Assembly: GCA_028534125.1 (NCBI GenBank)
Contig: CM052817.1
Location: forward strand, 27,282,001 to 27,346,000
Direction: 5' to 3'
Source: Lama glama
Lineage: Eukaryota
DNA: 64,000 bases
A program made the position numbers and the translations under genes. Below are positions 1 through 11,390 of the stretch, piece by piece (the first letter of the stretch is position 1; every line of letters starts with the position of its first letter). A model generated the notes under the pieces. It ran no database searches and was not told the origin of the DNA. It saw only the letters and a list, made by a program, of their open reading frames with translations.

Positions 1-534
1 TTTACTATTTATTATAGTCCAGTAAAGTAAAGTAAGCTGCTATTGGTTTATTTCCTAACATGATGGTCTCATAATGTATCTACAGTATTGTCAGTATTGT
101 GCCCCTTGAAGAGCTATTATATAAGCTGCTGGAAAAGTCAATATGAAACAGAACCTCTGTCCCAGAGTAGGGATGTGAGAAATTTTTTTTTTAATTGCAG
201 ACAGACACGGATTTCTTCAGTTTTATTTTATAACCATTAAACCATCATTGAGAGGCTACCATAAGCTGGATATTAAATGTTACAAAGAGTTATAAAATAC
301 AGCCTGTGGTTGAATCAGAACATCCATATCATTCCTGGATGTCTCAACAATTGTTTCTTCAAGGAATATAATCTTAAATATTTTAAGAGCTAGATTCCAC
401 AGAATGTGTGCAGAGTATGTCTTTAATGTACCTTCTCAAAAATTCACGGTGGCCATGCATTAGCTGGCATGACAATGAAACACATGTGCACACAGTTCTG
501 GTCTTCCTGTAGGTTTTAAATCTCTTAAGTGAGC

Positions 535-650
535 ATGCCCCATGAGGGAGAGACCTGGGATCTGCCCTGTCCCCCTTTGTATCTCCCGTGCCCAGGTTCG
601 GGCTGGGACATCATGCACGCCTGATAAATATTTGTTGAGCACATGAAGAA
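535..650 (+). mobile_element. L2 LINE 3' end
   Basis: tgtatctcccgtgcccagg…ataaatatttgttgag resembles the L2 3' terminus. Confidence 0.6.
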
Positions 651-1143
651 GCATATGGAGCAGCCTTACTTGAAATAGGTCACGGTGTGTTTTAGATTTA
701 GAATATAAGAGTTTAGTAGACACCACTTTATTTCGATCATATAAGAAACACATGCATATTTGCTTACCTTCAATGTCATTAACTTTTTTCATAATTGAGG
801 ATTATCCAAGGTCGTAACTGTTCTTCCTGTTTCTAGTCGTTTCTCACCAGACATGCTTTAGGTAAGCGATACACATGTGTTGACTTGATTCATTTATATG
901 AGGTTTCTATCCAAAGGTGGCCGGAAAAAGAAAATAAGTAAAACTTATTTTAGTCTTTGGCAGCTGGCTGATGGAAAAGTTGAAACTGAAATAACTTGCA
1001 CTTACTTAGCGAAAAGGGACTTGCCCAGTATACTAAATGAGTGGATATAGAAGTTTCTGAAACCATTTACCAAATGCTAGCAACACACATTGTCCTGTTG
1101 GCTCCTCACCACGGTCCTGGACAAAAGGTCGGGTTTTCAAAAC

Positions 1144-1270
1144 CCCCATTTTATGAAAGGGGAAACTGAGACTCTGCTCACGTGACTTCCCAGCGGCTCA
1201 TAGCTAGTGAGTCTTTTACCTATGAAAACCTGGACTGCTTACTCCAGACTCACTGCACTGCCGTTTTAAC
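1144..1270 (-). mobile_element. MIR SINE
   Basis: cccattttatgaaaggggaaactgagact is the reverse MIR core. Confidence 0.7.
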
Positions 1271-1489
1271 ACTCCTGAGTGTTCTAAGTTATTTACGATC
1301 TTTTGTTCATCTGATACCCGTGATTTTCAAGAAACAAAACTTGTCTGTCTGTCTAATTATAACTGACTTTACTACCACTTGCACATGGTGATGTTTTCGT
1401 TTCAGTCTTCATCTTAAAAATTGGATGCACTAAGTACATTGCACTTAGAGAAAGATCTTGATGCCTTACTTGGGCCTGGATGCTGTTTC

Positions 1490-1940
1490 CACCTTGGCTG
1501 TCATGTCCTGTGTTTCCTCCTCCCACTCTCTTGGCTTGGCCACATTGGCCCTTGAACATACTAAGCCCACTCCTGCCTCCAGGCCTTTCCACTTACTGTT
1601 CAATCTGCCCAGAATTCTTGTCTTCCATCTTTCTTTGGCTATTACCTCGGTATCATCCCATTTTTTTCCCTCAAATGTTACCTCCCAGAGCAGCCTTCTG
1701 ACCACCTCATTAAATAACCACCCACAGGGGTTACTATGCTGACTTCCCAGCGCTTGTGCTACCTGAAATTTTCCTCTCGTTTATTTACTTGTTTATTTTC
1801 TGTTCCTCCCACTGCCTCCCATGCTCACCTGGACCAAGAAGACAAGTTCTATGCAGCAGGTCCTTTGTCTCGTCCACTACTGCCTTCCCTGGGCCGGAGC
1901 AGTGTGAAAACACAGCAGGCACCTGATAAATAATTGCTGG
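1490..1940 (+). mobile_element. L2 LINE 3' region
   Basis: ctcctgcctccaggcctttcc…caaatgttacctcccagag…cacagcaggcacctgataaataattgctg. Confidence 0.7.
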
Positions 1941-2223
1941 GTATTACCTCAATATTAGTTCTTCCTAATTAGCTCTCGTATCTCTTGATATTTTTTAATA
2001 TCTTTATTTTTGTTTGTGTAATGCAGTAAGACGTGGAATGGTACCAAAGTTTAATTTTTTTGTTGTGTAAAATTATGCCAATGTTCCAGAAATGTCTTTA
2101 GATGAGTATGGAGATAATCTGCCTTGCCAGACGGAGAGGGTGGACTTCTCAGACTTCTCTCCTTCTAGTTTTAGGGTTCGGAGATCACAGGTGGGAAATT
2201 GTTATGGAGTAGGGAGGTGACAA

Positions 2224-2704
2224 TGAGGCAGGAAGCCCCATAAAAAGACCGGCAGGACCTCTTGACAGGGCCGCTGCTCTCCCAGCACCGTCCGGTTCCC
2301 TGGCGGGGAAGCTCTGTCTCACTTTTTGCCTCTAAAAGCAGCTAACTTACACCTAAAATTATATTGGTTCCCTGAGCTCATTTCTGATTGGTTATTTCCT
2401 TCACTCCTGATTGGTTATTACTCTCACTCCTGATTGGTCTATTTCTACAAAGCTTGTTCCTGGTTGGTCAACTTCTGTTATACTTTATTTGCATATGATG
2501 TTGCAAAATGTAAAACTGGCAGCCTATAAAAGGCCTGTGTAAACCTACAGTCGGGTCCAGAGCTTGGAGGGTTAACTCCTTTGTGCCCGCTGGCATAATA
2601 AACTTGAGTTGTCCGGCTCTCCCGGTGCTGCTTGGTCTCTCGCCCGGATCCAGGTTGCTGTCAAAACTGAGCTGTAACACCGAGCTGTAACACATTTTTC
2701 CGCA
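2224..2704 (+). mobile_element. Young ERV1-class solo LTR
   Basis: TG…CA ends and a 4-bp TSD ACAA (2220-2223, 2705-2708). CTGATTGG x3 at 23-bp spacing, TATAAAA at 2525, AATAAA at 2597, many CpGs retained. Confidence 0.85.
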
Positions 2705-3029
2705 ACAACAGCAGGTGAATTCTGGTCCCCTTTCGTCTGGCGTGCCTCCTGATGGCGCTGTGTGTCATACACAGACACAACTGAGATCCGACGTGCCTAA
2801 CACTTGACTGTCTGCCAGGAGACACCCGCTTTCACTTTCCTTTTATTCCCACCTAGTGTTGATATTCTCCCATTGTATTTAGATAGTTTTTGGGTTTTTG
2901 TTCTTTGTTTCCTGTCTTTTATTTTGGGGGATTTTGTTGTTGTTGTGCTTTGATGACATAACTGAAGTTGAACTTTCTAAAGCACCAAGTTGCAATATAA
3001 AATGACTGGCCCAAGACGTGAAGGCTGTC

Positions 3030-3125
3030 CCAGCTGGGCTGCGGACTAGCTGTGCATGTCTCTGGGGACAGCTTCACATCTGTTTGGGGCTCCGTATTTT
3101 TCTTCTATAAAAATGGTAGAGTGAA
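3030..3125 (+). mobile_element. MIR fragment
   Basis: actagctgtgc…ttcttctataaaaatgg is a degenerate MIR core. Confidence 0.5.
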
Positions 3126-4039
3126 TACATGACTTGTCTCTGTAGGACAGGACAGTTGGGGAACAGTACATCTTAGAAGGTTCATAAATATAAAAGTATC
3201 ATCATCATGACTTTAAAGCATGTCATCAATAAGCATTTATTGAAAATATTGTATTAACATATAGGAGGGCAACAGTGATTTTTAGTAAAATTGCAAGTAA
3301 ATAAATATCCTTGACTCACACTCATAGCTGTATTGTTGAACTTTTCATCTGATTCTAATATATACAAAAAATGGCCTCAGTTTAATGCAAAATACAAGAT
3401 AAGCAGATGTTGGGCATTTCTACAATGTGAATTCAATGTTATTTTTTTATTGTTGTGTACTGTAAACTGTGTACAGAACTCGGGCAACGTTTACACGCAA
3501 AAAATACAGCTGCCTTGATCTTGAAAATATTTCAAGTATTTTAGAGAACTATGGCTTTTTATTTTTTAATTTGTGGTTAAATATTTTGATAGATATATTA
3601 GCAGGTTTTTTTTTTTGGTTGCTCTTGTAATTAAGGTCTAACATTGTAATTTTTTTTTACATCTTCATGTGACAGGAAAGATTTCTGCCATATAAGTATA
3701 ATTCTACAAAGGATGAATATAATGAAATATTTAAGATTGTTTAAAAGTCTAGACATGTATAAAAGAAGAGTTAGTGGATCCATCGTTACTAAAAATAATA
3801 CAATTCTTAGATATAAAAGACAAAATGGGACCACTTTAAAAAAGGATTTTTAAATTATGAAATTTTTGGTAGAGTATTTGTTATTTTTCCTACTTTGGCT
3901 AATTAGAAACAAAGCTCTGGGATCTGATACAATGGTATTTTATTTCATTAGAAAAATCTGAAAGTATTAGAGAAAGTGTTGATGTGGAATGCTGTGAACT
4001 GCATTAGTATAAATAAATACTTACACACAAATATGGAGA

Positions 4040-4265
4040 ACCATTTATGGAGAACTTACTATGCACCAGGCTCCCTGCTAACTTCTCACATATTTTGTCA
4101 CATTTAAGCCTCATTGACACCCATGCAATTGCTGCCATTGTTTCTCTGTTAGGGTTGAGGAAACTCATGCTAATGGACTTGCCCAAAGTAACACCCCCAG
4201 TGAGTGACCAAGCTGGACTTTGGATTCAGTCAGTTGGACTTCAGAGCCGGTGCTCCCCCACCTCC
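4040..4265 (-). mobile_element. MIR SINE
   Basis: catttatggagaacttactatgcaccaggc…gaggaaactc…gacttgcccaaagtaacac. Confidence 0.75.
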
Positions 4266-4349
4266 CCTCACACCAACTCCACATCAGTCTGTCCACCAGT
4301 ATTAAAAAGGACACATTTCCATATGACACATTCTGCAGGGTAAATTATT

Positions 4350-5022
4350 CAACCTCCAGGATGCATTGCTAAGTGCAAGAATAAGTTGTAGGACAGGACA
4401 TATTATATGCTACACCTGTCTTTTCTTTAAAGAAATTATAAATATCTTTGTTTATTTTCTTTAGAAACTCTTCAAGGTTACCTTCAGGTTATAGTCGGGG
4501 CCCCATGGGACCCAGGTGACAGTGAGACTTATTTCACTGGATTTCCTTTTGATTCCTTTTGAATTGTCAACACTGTTGTTGGTTGGCAACTTTGGGATTT
4601 CCCAGGGTGAAACTCAAACCTGGTCCCCAGACACAGAAGGCAGGAAGAGCCCGAGAAGGAGGCAGATAGCTCCAGATTTATAGGTGGCGGCATTAATGGG
4701 CAAGGGAACTTACATATGATGCTTGTCTTGGGCGGCTGAAAGGTGAGTAGAATCTCGCCAGAATCTTAAAAGTTTATGTGGAAGCTTTAACTGGGTCAGG
4801 CACATATTCAGTCCAGATGGTCTCAATAACGCACTACTATCTCAGGGCTGAGTGCCTGAAAATGGCTCCCACTGTGGGAACAAGGGACAGAACCTACATT
4901 CCAAGGACAGGGGAGCCGGTGAGGAGCCTCCAACTGCTGGGGGCCAGGCTGGGTTAACCGGCAGTCATGTCCACTTGATGACCTTGTCCAACAACTGTGC
5001 ACGAATACTGTTTAAATAAGTC
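4350..5022 (+). mobile_element. Old L1 (L1ME-like) 3' UTR fragment interrupted by an LTR
   Basis: ttgctaagtgcaagaataagttgtag…ttccttttgaattgtcaacactgt, resuming after the LTR as gcacgaatactgtttaaataa. Confidence 0.5.
4577..4993 (-). mobile_element. Solo LTR, ERVL-class by TSD length
   Basis: Perfect terminal inverted hexamers TGTTGG…CCAACA and a 5-bp TSD ACTGT (4572-4576, 4994-4998). Strand inferred from degenerate minus-strand TATA-like and polyA-like motifs. Confidence 0.8.
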
Positions 5023-5718
5023 CAATTTAGAATGACACTGTTAAAAACTAGTGGAAAAGTTAATGTACCTTAAGAATGTTGTACATTTAAAGGCTCCTTT
5101 GGAGACATCATCTCTATCTATTTATTTGGAATACAAGCTATGGGACGTTAACCCTGCCCGGGGAGTGAGCTGATCCAGGGAGCTCGAGTGCTGAGCTTGA
5201 CCAGCCGTACCACTGACCAGCTCATCACTATCTTCTGTTTTCTCAGGCTTCAGTTCTCTCCATTATAAGATGTGAAGAGTGAACAAGTTGCCTTCCAACT
5301 TGAGAAACCAGTAATTCCAAAATAAGCTATAAAAAAGCACTCTTTAAGAAGATTAAACTCATGGTTAAAATTAAGCGGATTCATGGAAGGAGCACCGTCT
5401 TGGCTCTCAGTTGCCAAAAAAGGCACTACTTTTTCCCATCTACTCTAGGTGTTACCTCTTAGTGGCAGCATTTGGAATTGCAGTGAAAGTGACCAAAACC
5501 AGGCAATTCTTAGTGCAAAGCAGGAATGTCCTATCTGTCATAACCACTGTAGAGACGTTTTTCAATAAATGAATACATAGTGATGTCTAAGTCAAGTATA
5601 AGCTTAATTCAAGACTAATTATTGAACTATTTCAAAGAATCTTTTGCTACTGGTTTGTAGAAATCCATCAAGCATAGGTTCTTCAGAATTCACTATAATT
5701 GGATTGCATGAAATACAA

Positions 5719-5948
5719 CAGAGCATGGCAAACTTTTTGCATAAAGGGCCAGATAGTAAAAATTGTATGCTCTGTAGGCTATAGGTTTTCTGTTGTAATG
5801 ACGCAGCTCTGCTGTCATTGCACAAAAGCAGCAGTAAACAGTACATAAATGAATGGGCTGGGCTGTGTTCCAGTAAAACTTGTTTACAAAAACAGATACT
5901 GGACCAAATTTGGCCCATGGCCCATGGCTCACAGTTTGCTGACCCCTG
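5719..5948 (+). mobile_element. MER58A-like hAT-Charlie MITE
   Basis: TIRs cagagcatggcaaact…agtttgctgacccctg; internal gggccagatagtaaa and gctgtgttccagtaaaacttgtttacaaaaacag. Confidence 0.85.
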
Positions 5949-6883
5949 AATTTTACTAACCCTCTGAGTTTCTCTTTGCCCTGTGTCCTGAGAGAAATTA
6001 CCTGACAGCCTCTCCTTTAATTCCCGAATGTGAGAATAAGTGCTTCCATTCTGAGACCCCATACCTTCAGTAATTCCTTTATGAATGACTTACTTGGCAA
6101 GTGCTACATTCTACCACATCACCCTGATGCCAGCCCTGTTTCCGTTTTGCTAGTTGCCTTCCTTAGTTCTTTTCACTCTGAACTGACGTTCACTGAAGAC
6201 AAACAGTTACGGTTGCTTCTCCCGCATTTTCTTGCTTTGTATTACCATTTTTACGTGATTTCAACCTTTTACCCCGAAAACATTTTGCTCATATATCTTT
6301 TATACCGAGGGAATTGTGGTCAGCCTTGTTTAAAATCCTCAGGATATGATTGGTTAACCTCTTCCTAAACATATTCTTCCCTTTCTTAAGTGAAGCTCAC
6401 CACATTTAACAAGCCACTCTCCTCAAAGAGCAAGAGAGTTTGGAGGTAGAATTAGTCTTGGCAAATTATTTGCAAAGATAGATGTTGGGCTCTGAACTGA
6501 GTGCCTCCCTGGAGAGACCCCTGCCTTAGCCAGGAGAATTGGGAACAAGCCTTACTGTGTAGCATTATCTGGCTCCAGTCCTAGCCAGCTCCCCCCAGCC
6601 TCAGTCCAGCTCACATCCTTGTCCTTTGCCTCGAAGCCCTTCCCCATCTCCAGCCTTTCTTTTCTCCCAACATTTCCAAATTCTAAAACTTCACCTGCCA
6701 CGGACAAACTTGACATTGGCAAAGCTTGGATGCACGAAGGCTCATAGATTATTGAGATTTACTACGTACTTTAAATTTGCTGCTTTTCCTATTCAGCAAT
6801 TTCGTTGTCACCCCGGATAAAGGTGATTTGTGTGATCCGCCTTGCTTTATGTCTCACTTGACATTCTGCCTTTTTCATGACAG

Positions 6884-6953
6884 GTTGCTGAATGCTATAA
6901 AGCCAGGACTTGTTAAAAAGATCAATAGATTGCCTACCCCCATTGCAGGATTG
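6884..6953 (+). CDS. LIMCH1: Internal coding exon of LIMCH1 (LIM and calponin homology domains 1), CH-domain segment
   Basis: Acceptor ttctgcctttttcatgacag|G, donor TTG|gtgagt, branch-like CTCAC/TTGAC at 6853-6862. The 70 nt are 1 nt plus 23 codons, [23 protein letters not shown]. This matches the LIMCH1 CH domain as I recall it (…[32 protein letters not shown]…); the paralogue LMO7 differs here. Confidence 0.95.
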
Positions 6954-8146
6954 GTGAGTATCTAGAATTGAGATTTATCTTCCAATATTCCTTTGCTCTA
7001 ACTTAAGGGTCATGACAGTGCCATTTATTACAGTTCTCTCCTGCAGTATATATTCTACTTGAATGAGAATGCATTGAAGCCATTAAACACAGAGGTCACT
7101 TAAAAATGAAAGATTGCAGTTATGCCGAAATGGCATCTTAATCTTTGTATTTTTCCCATGAGCGAAAAGGACGTTCATTCTTAAAGAGGTAAATTTGTTT
7201 TGGAGTGAGAGGCTGATAATTAGGTTGACCCAAGGGAAGAAATGTGATTGTAATTATGGTTTTCTCATTTCATTTCTTCACTGCATTCTCCTGGAATGAA
7301 GGGGGGAGGACGTAGGGAGAAAGAGAATTTCACAATTAACAGCAGCACTTTCGTGATAAATTGCTGTTTTCAATCTTAAAAATGTACTTGCACTTAAATA
7401 CCACATTCGTAGACCGACTTTCTAAAGACATGACGGGCATGAGGTGATTCTGATGTCGTCTGGAGTTATTTAAGCAAAGCCATGGTTCTTCTGAACCTAC
7501 TCATCGAAAAACCATTAAAACTCATATGTTCACATGTGGGATTTTTTTTTCCCTGCATTACTATGTTTCATAATTCTTGGTGACTTATTTTAATTGCTTA
7601 CCTTTTGGTGTTACCTTTTGGTAATAAGAAAAAGGTGGAAGATCAAAAAAAAAAAAACCAAACAAATCTTAATTCTAGAAGGAACATGGTGCGTGCACTT
7701 GGGCTCATACACATGCACAGACACACGTGTGCACAGAGAGCTGAAGGCGCTATGGCCGAGTAACAACTCCCTGAGTGTCCCACGGTGACTGCCTGCTGAG
7801 CACGTGGTCTTGCAGGAAATGGTTAGAAAAATGCCAAGAATTTAGGCAGGCTCCTGCACAGACCTTGATGATTTGTTGTTAAAAAGTTTCTTAGCTGTGT
7901 CATGGTGATTAATTGAAATTAGATGTAACAACAACAAAAAAATTGCATTTGAGAACTGTGGGGTCATGGTAATTAGGTAGGTACATGGTTTCAGCAAGTT
8001 GAATGAAATGGATTTTTTTGAATTGTAAGAATTGCTATTTCTGTGGATGCGTTTTTGTTTCCCATCCTGGTTAGTAGTGTGTTGGTGATTAGTCATTAAA
8101 ATACTTTCCAGTTTCATTTGTCAGAATCATGTAGCTAAGTCAGTAA

Positions 8147-8166
8147 ATAGATAGATAGATAGATAG
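8147..8166. repeat. (ATAG)5 microsatellite
   Basis: Direct reading. Confidence 0.9.
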
Positions 8167-8845
8167 GTATTTAAATTTGAAAGGAATGGATTTGAATAAT
8201 TTTATTAAAAATGTGTGTATTATATTATAGACTACATATATGAATGTGTACATATATTAGTTATTTTAGAGCTTTTTGTTAAATCCATCTTTTCCAAATG
8301 TTAAGACGATGTCTTTAATGATGCTGACAGGTATCTGTTTGGCCCCCGAGCCTGTGGCATCTCCGGACCTTGGAGGTCTAGGATTTAATGTTATGGGAAC
8401 CAAACCTGTAGCATGAAGTCAAGGAAGGCTCCAGGGAAACCCACATGAACAGAAGCAGGCAACTCTTGGCCAGAAGCTAAGGAGAAAAGGGGTTTTGAAA
8501 CATTAATTTAAAATGTGAGTCATAAATAATTTTAGCAAAATTAAGGGTTTGAGGCACATTCATTGGTCATTATATTGGTTTCTAATGGCAGGTCGAGTGT
8601 TGTTCTCCACCTGTTGCTTCTGCTTTGAAGCAGGCAGGCAGTTTGATTAAAGAAAACCAGAGGCCTCTGTTACTTTACTCCCATTTATATCCTTGACTTT
8701 TCTTCCTCTTATTCCTTTTTCATTTGAATTTCCTTTCCATTTTGTCCTTTCCATCATTTTTTCCTTTTTCTTGCTCTTTTCCAATGAATACTTCCCCACT
8801 TACCCCCATCCTGTATCACATATGTTTTCTTTACTGATTTGTTAT

Positions 8846-9680
8846 TGTGATTTACGATAAGCAGTACATATTTGATCTTTGTTTCTGGCACAGAGCACCT
8901 AAAACCCTTGGAATTTCCTAAGCACTAAGAGCAATGGGAGCAACTTCTGTTATAATGCTTGGTCTTTTGTCATCAGTTTCTGAAATAGTTCCAGTTGCAT
9001 AAAGGGTGAAGGAGTATCTTGTTGTTTACAACAAACTCCTTTCAGCCATACCTGAATAAGGTAACTTCTGGAGAGCCCCAAGGATGGGGGCTGGTTGCCA
9101 GGGGAACCAACCTCATGATTAGAGAGTTGGAACTTTCAGTCCCACTCCACTGACCTCTGGGGAGAGGGGAGGGGCTGGAGGTTGAACCAATCCCCGATGG
9201 CCAATGATTTAATCAACCATGCTACATAATGAAGCCTCCACAAAACCCCAAAAGGACATGGTTTGGAGAGCTTTTGGGTTGGTGAACAACACATGGAGAT
9301 TCCAGGAGAGTGGTGCACCCAGAGAGCATGAAAGCTCTTTCCCACATACCTTGCCCTGTGTACTTTTTCATCCTGCTGCACTCTGTATCCTTTACAATAT
9401 TCTTTATAATAAACTAGTTAAGCATAAGTAACTGTGTCTCTGTTGCAGAAGCCACTCTAGCCAATTAATCAACCTCAAGGAGGGGTTCTTGGGAACCTCT
9501 GATTTGTAGCCAGTTGGTCTGAAACACAGCTGACGACCTGGACTTGACTCTGGTATCTGAGGTGGGGGCAGTCTTAATGGGCTGAGCCCTTAACCTTGGT
9601 GATCTCACACTGTCTCGAGGTAAATAGTGTCAGCCTTGAGTTAACTGCTTGGTGGTGTTGAAAAACCACACAACAGAGTT
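8846..9680 (+). mobile_element. MER21-family solo LTR (MER21C-like)
   Basis: tggcacagagcacctaaaacccttggaatttcct, ggccaatgatttaatcaaccatgc, AATAAA at 9408, ggggcagtcttaatgggctgagccct. Confidence 0.8.
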
Positions 9681-9889
9681 CTTTTCAGTTAAAAAAAAAT
9701 TAAGTATACTTTCTTATTGCCCATTCACTCATGATTCCTCAATCTACTAATCTGGTCAAACTCTTTTTCTCTCTCTTCCAATTACCTTCAGATCAGCATT
9801 TCCAAAAACCAGTGCACGAGGTGGTGTCTTAGCAAGAAATAGAACTGCCACCCTCCTCTGCCCTCCTGCATCCTGTTATCATTCTTCCA

Positions 9890-10440
9890 GAGCACGCCTC
9901 AGACCTACTGTCTGCTTCCTTTTACTACTCATGTTCTTGTCAGTCTTCATGACTTTCCATCTTCATAACATTGACCCAGAGCATCATTTCTCACCAGGTT
10001 TTTTTCCTCGTGAACTCCAGGCCTCTTGTTCTGCTTATTGGACAGCTCCACCTGGATGTCCTACCAGTGCCTCAAGCATAGCGTATTCAGTTTAGACTTA
10101 AATGACCACGCCCGCCCACCCATGTCAGCAAAGGCTTCATAAACATGCAGTTGCCCTAGTTGAGCTATCAGAGAATTTGGCAAGTTTCTTCAGTCTGTCT
10201 ACTTGCCTGCATTTCCTTTGGCCACTAGACAAGGCCTCGAGCAAGCCTTTCTTATCTCTTGCCTGGATTATTACAGTCAACTCATAGTGCCTCAAGTGTT
10301 ATTCACTCTCACATATAAAGCCTTTTCCCGTGACACTTTTTATGAATATAATACTCTCTCCTTGCTCTTCTTAACAAAATCCTATTTACTTATCAAGACC
10401 CAATGCAAAAATCACTTCCTTTGTGAAGCCTTTAGTGTTT
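9890..10440 (+). mobile_element. L2 LINE fragments
   Basis: gaactccag…tccacctggatgtcctacc…atctcttgcctggattattac…aatcacttcctttgtgaagcc. Confidence 0.65.
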
Positions 10441-10719
10441 ATAGTCCATGTGATCTTTTATTATAGAATACAGTTAGCATCTCCCGGTTTATGAGAAAAT
10501 GACAATATATTAGAGACATAAAAGACAGATGCATTGAAATATGCTTTAGGGATTGAGGTTTTTGAATAACTACTGTTAACAGCTTGAAATTGAAAGTGTG
10601 TAAACGATGTGGTATTCATATTAAAGCATTGTAGCTTTAGGCAGTTAACTGGCCATGTTCAAACTTACCAATACCTACAATGGGTGCAGTGATGTAAGGT
10701 GTCATAGTGATGCACTAAG

Positions 10720-11390
10720 CAGTCAGTCACAGCATCACCTTGATGGAGTGTCTGCTAAAATATTTAGCCTAAATCCAATTCTGGGGAAGCAATCAGACAA
10801 GTCCAAATGAGGGACATTCCATAAGACAGCTGGACCACATTCCTTAACATTGTCAGTGTCATTAAGGACACCTGACACCCCCTACAATTGCTGCAGATGA
10901 AAGGTGGCTGAGGACATAGGACAGCCAAATGCCACGTGTGATCCTTGGTTGAGAAAAAGCAACAATAATAGGCATTATTGGGACAATTGGGGAAACTTGA
11001 GTGTGTTTTGTTTATTAGATAATAGTATTCTCTCAGCATTGAATTTCTTTCCTGTGAGAACTGTCTTGTCCAAGCTAGTGGTGGATATAGGGGAATACTC
11101 GATGTTAAGAGCTACGTAAGCTGGAGTCTTTAGACATGAAGTGTTGCAACGTGTACAACTAATCCTCAAATTGTTCAGCAAAAAGTCTGTGCGTATAATG
11201 TATAATTTTATATACACATTCACATGGAAAGATGGAGGGAGGGAGGGAAGGAGAGAGAGAGGAAGGAAGAGAGGGAGAGAAATGTGGCAGAATTTTGGAT
11301 CTAGATAATGGGTGTGTAGTCGTCATGGTGCTGTTCTTGCAACCTTTTGGTAGACTTGAAAATCTATAATATAAAACATTAGAGATTAAA
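10720..11390 (+). mobile_element. L1MC-type 3' UTR fragment
   Basis: cagcatcacc…aatcagacaagtccaaatgagggacattc…aaatgccacgtgtgatcct…gttcttgcaacctttt. Confidence 0.75.

Noticed and set aside
2384..2445. CRISPR-like or satellite array (also 32746-32815)
   Set aside because: Tandem units without unique spacers, in eukaryotic DNA; the first is an LTR U3 enhancer repeat.
6884..6953. Assignment to the paralogue LMO7
   Set aside because: As I recall, LMO7 reads LINKLKPGVIKKINRLSTPIAGL; this exon fits LIMCH1.
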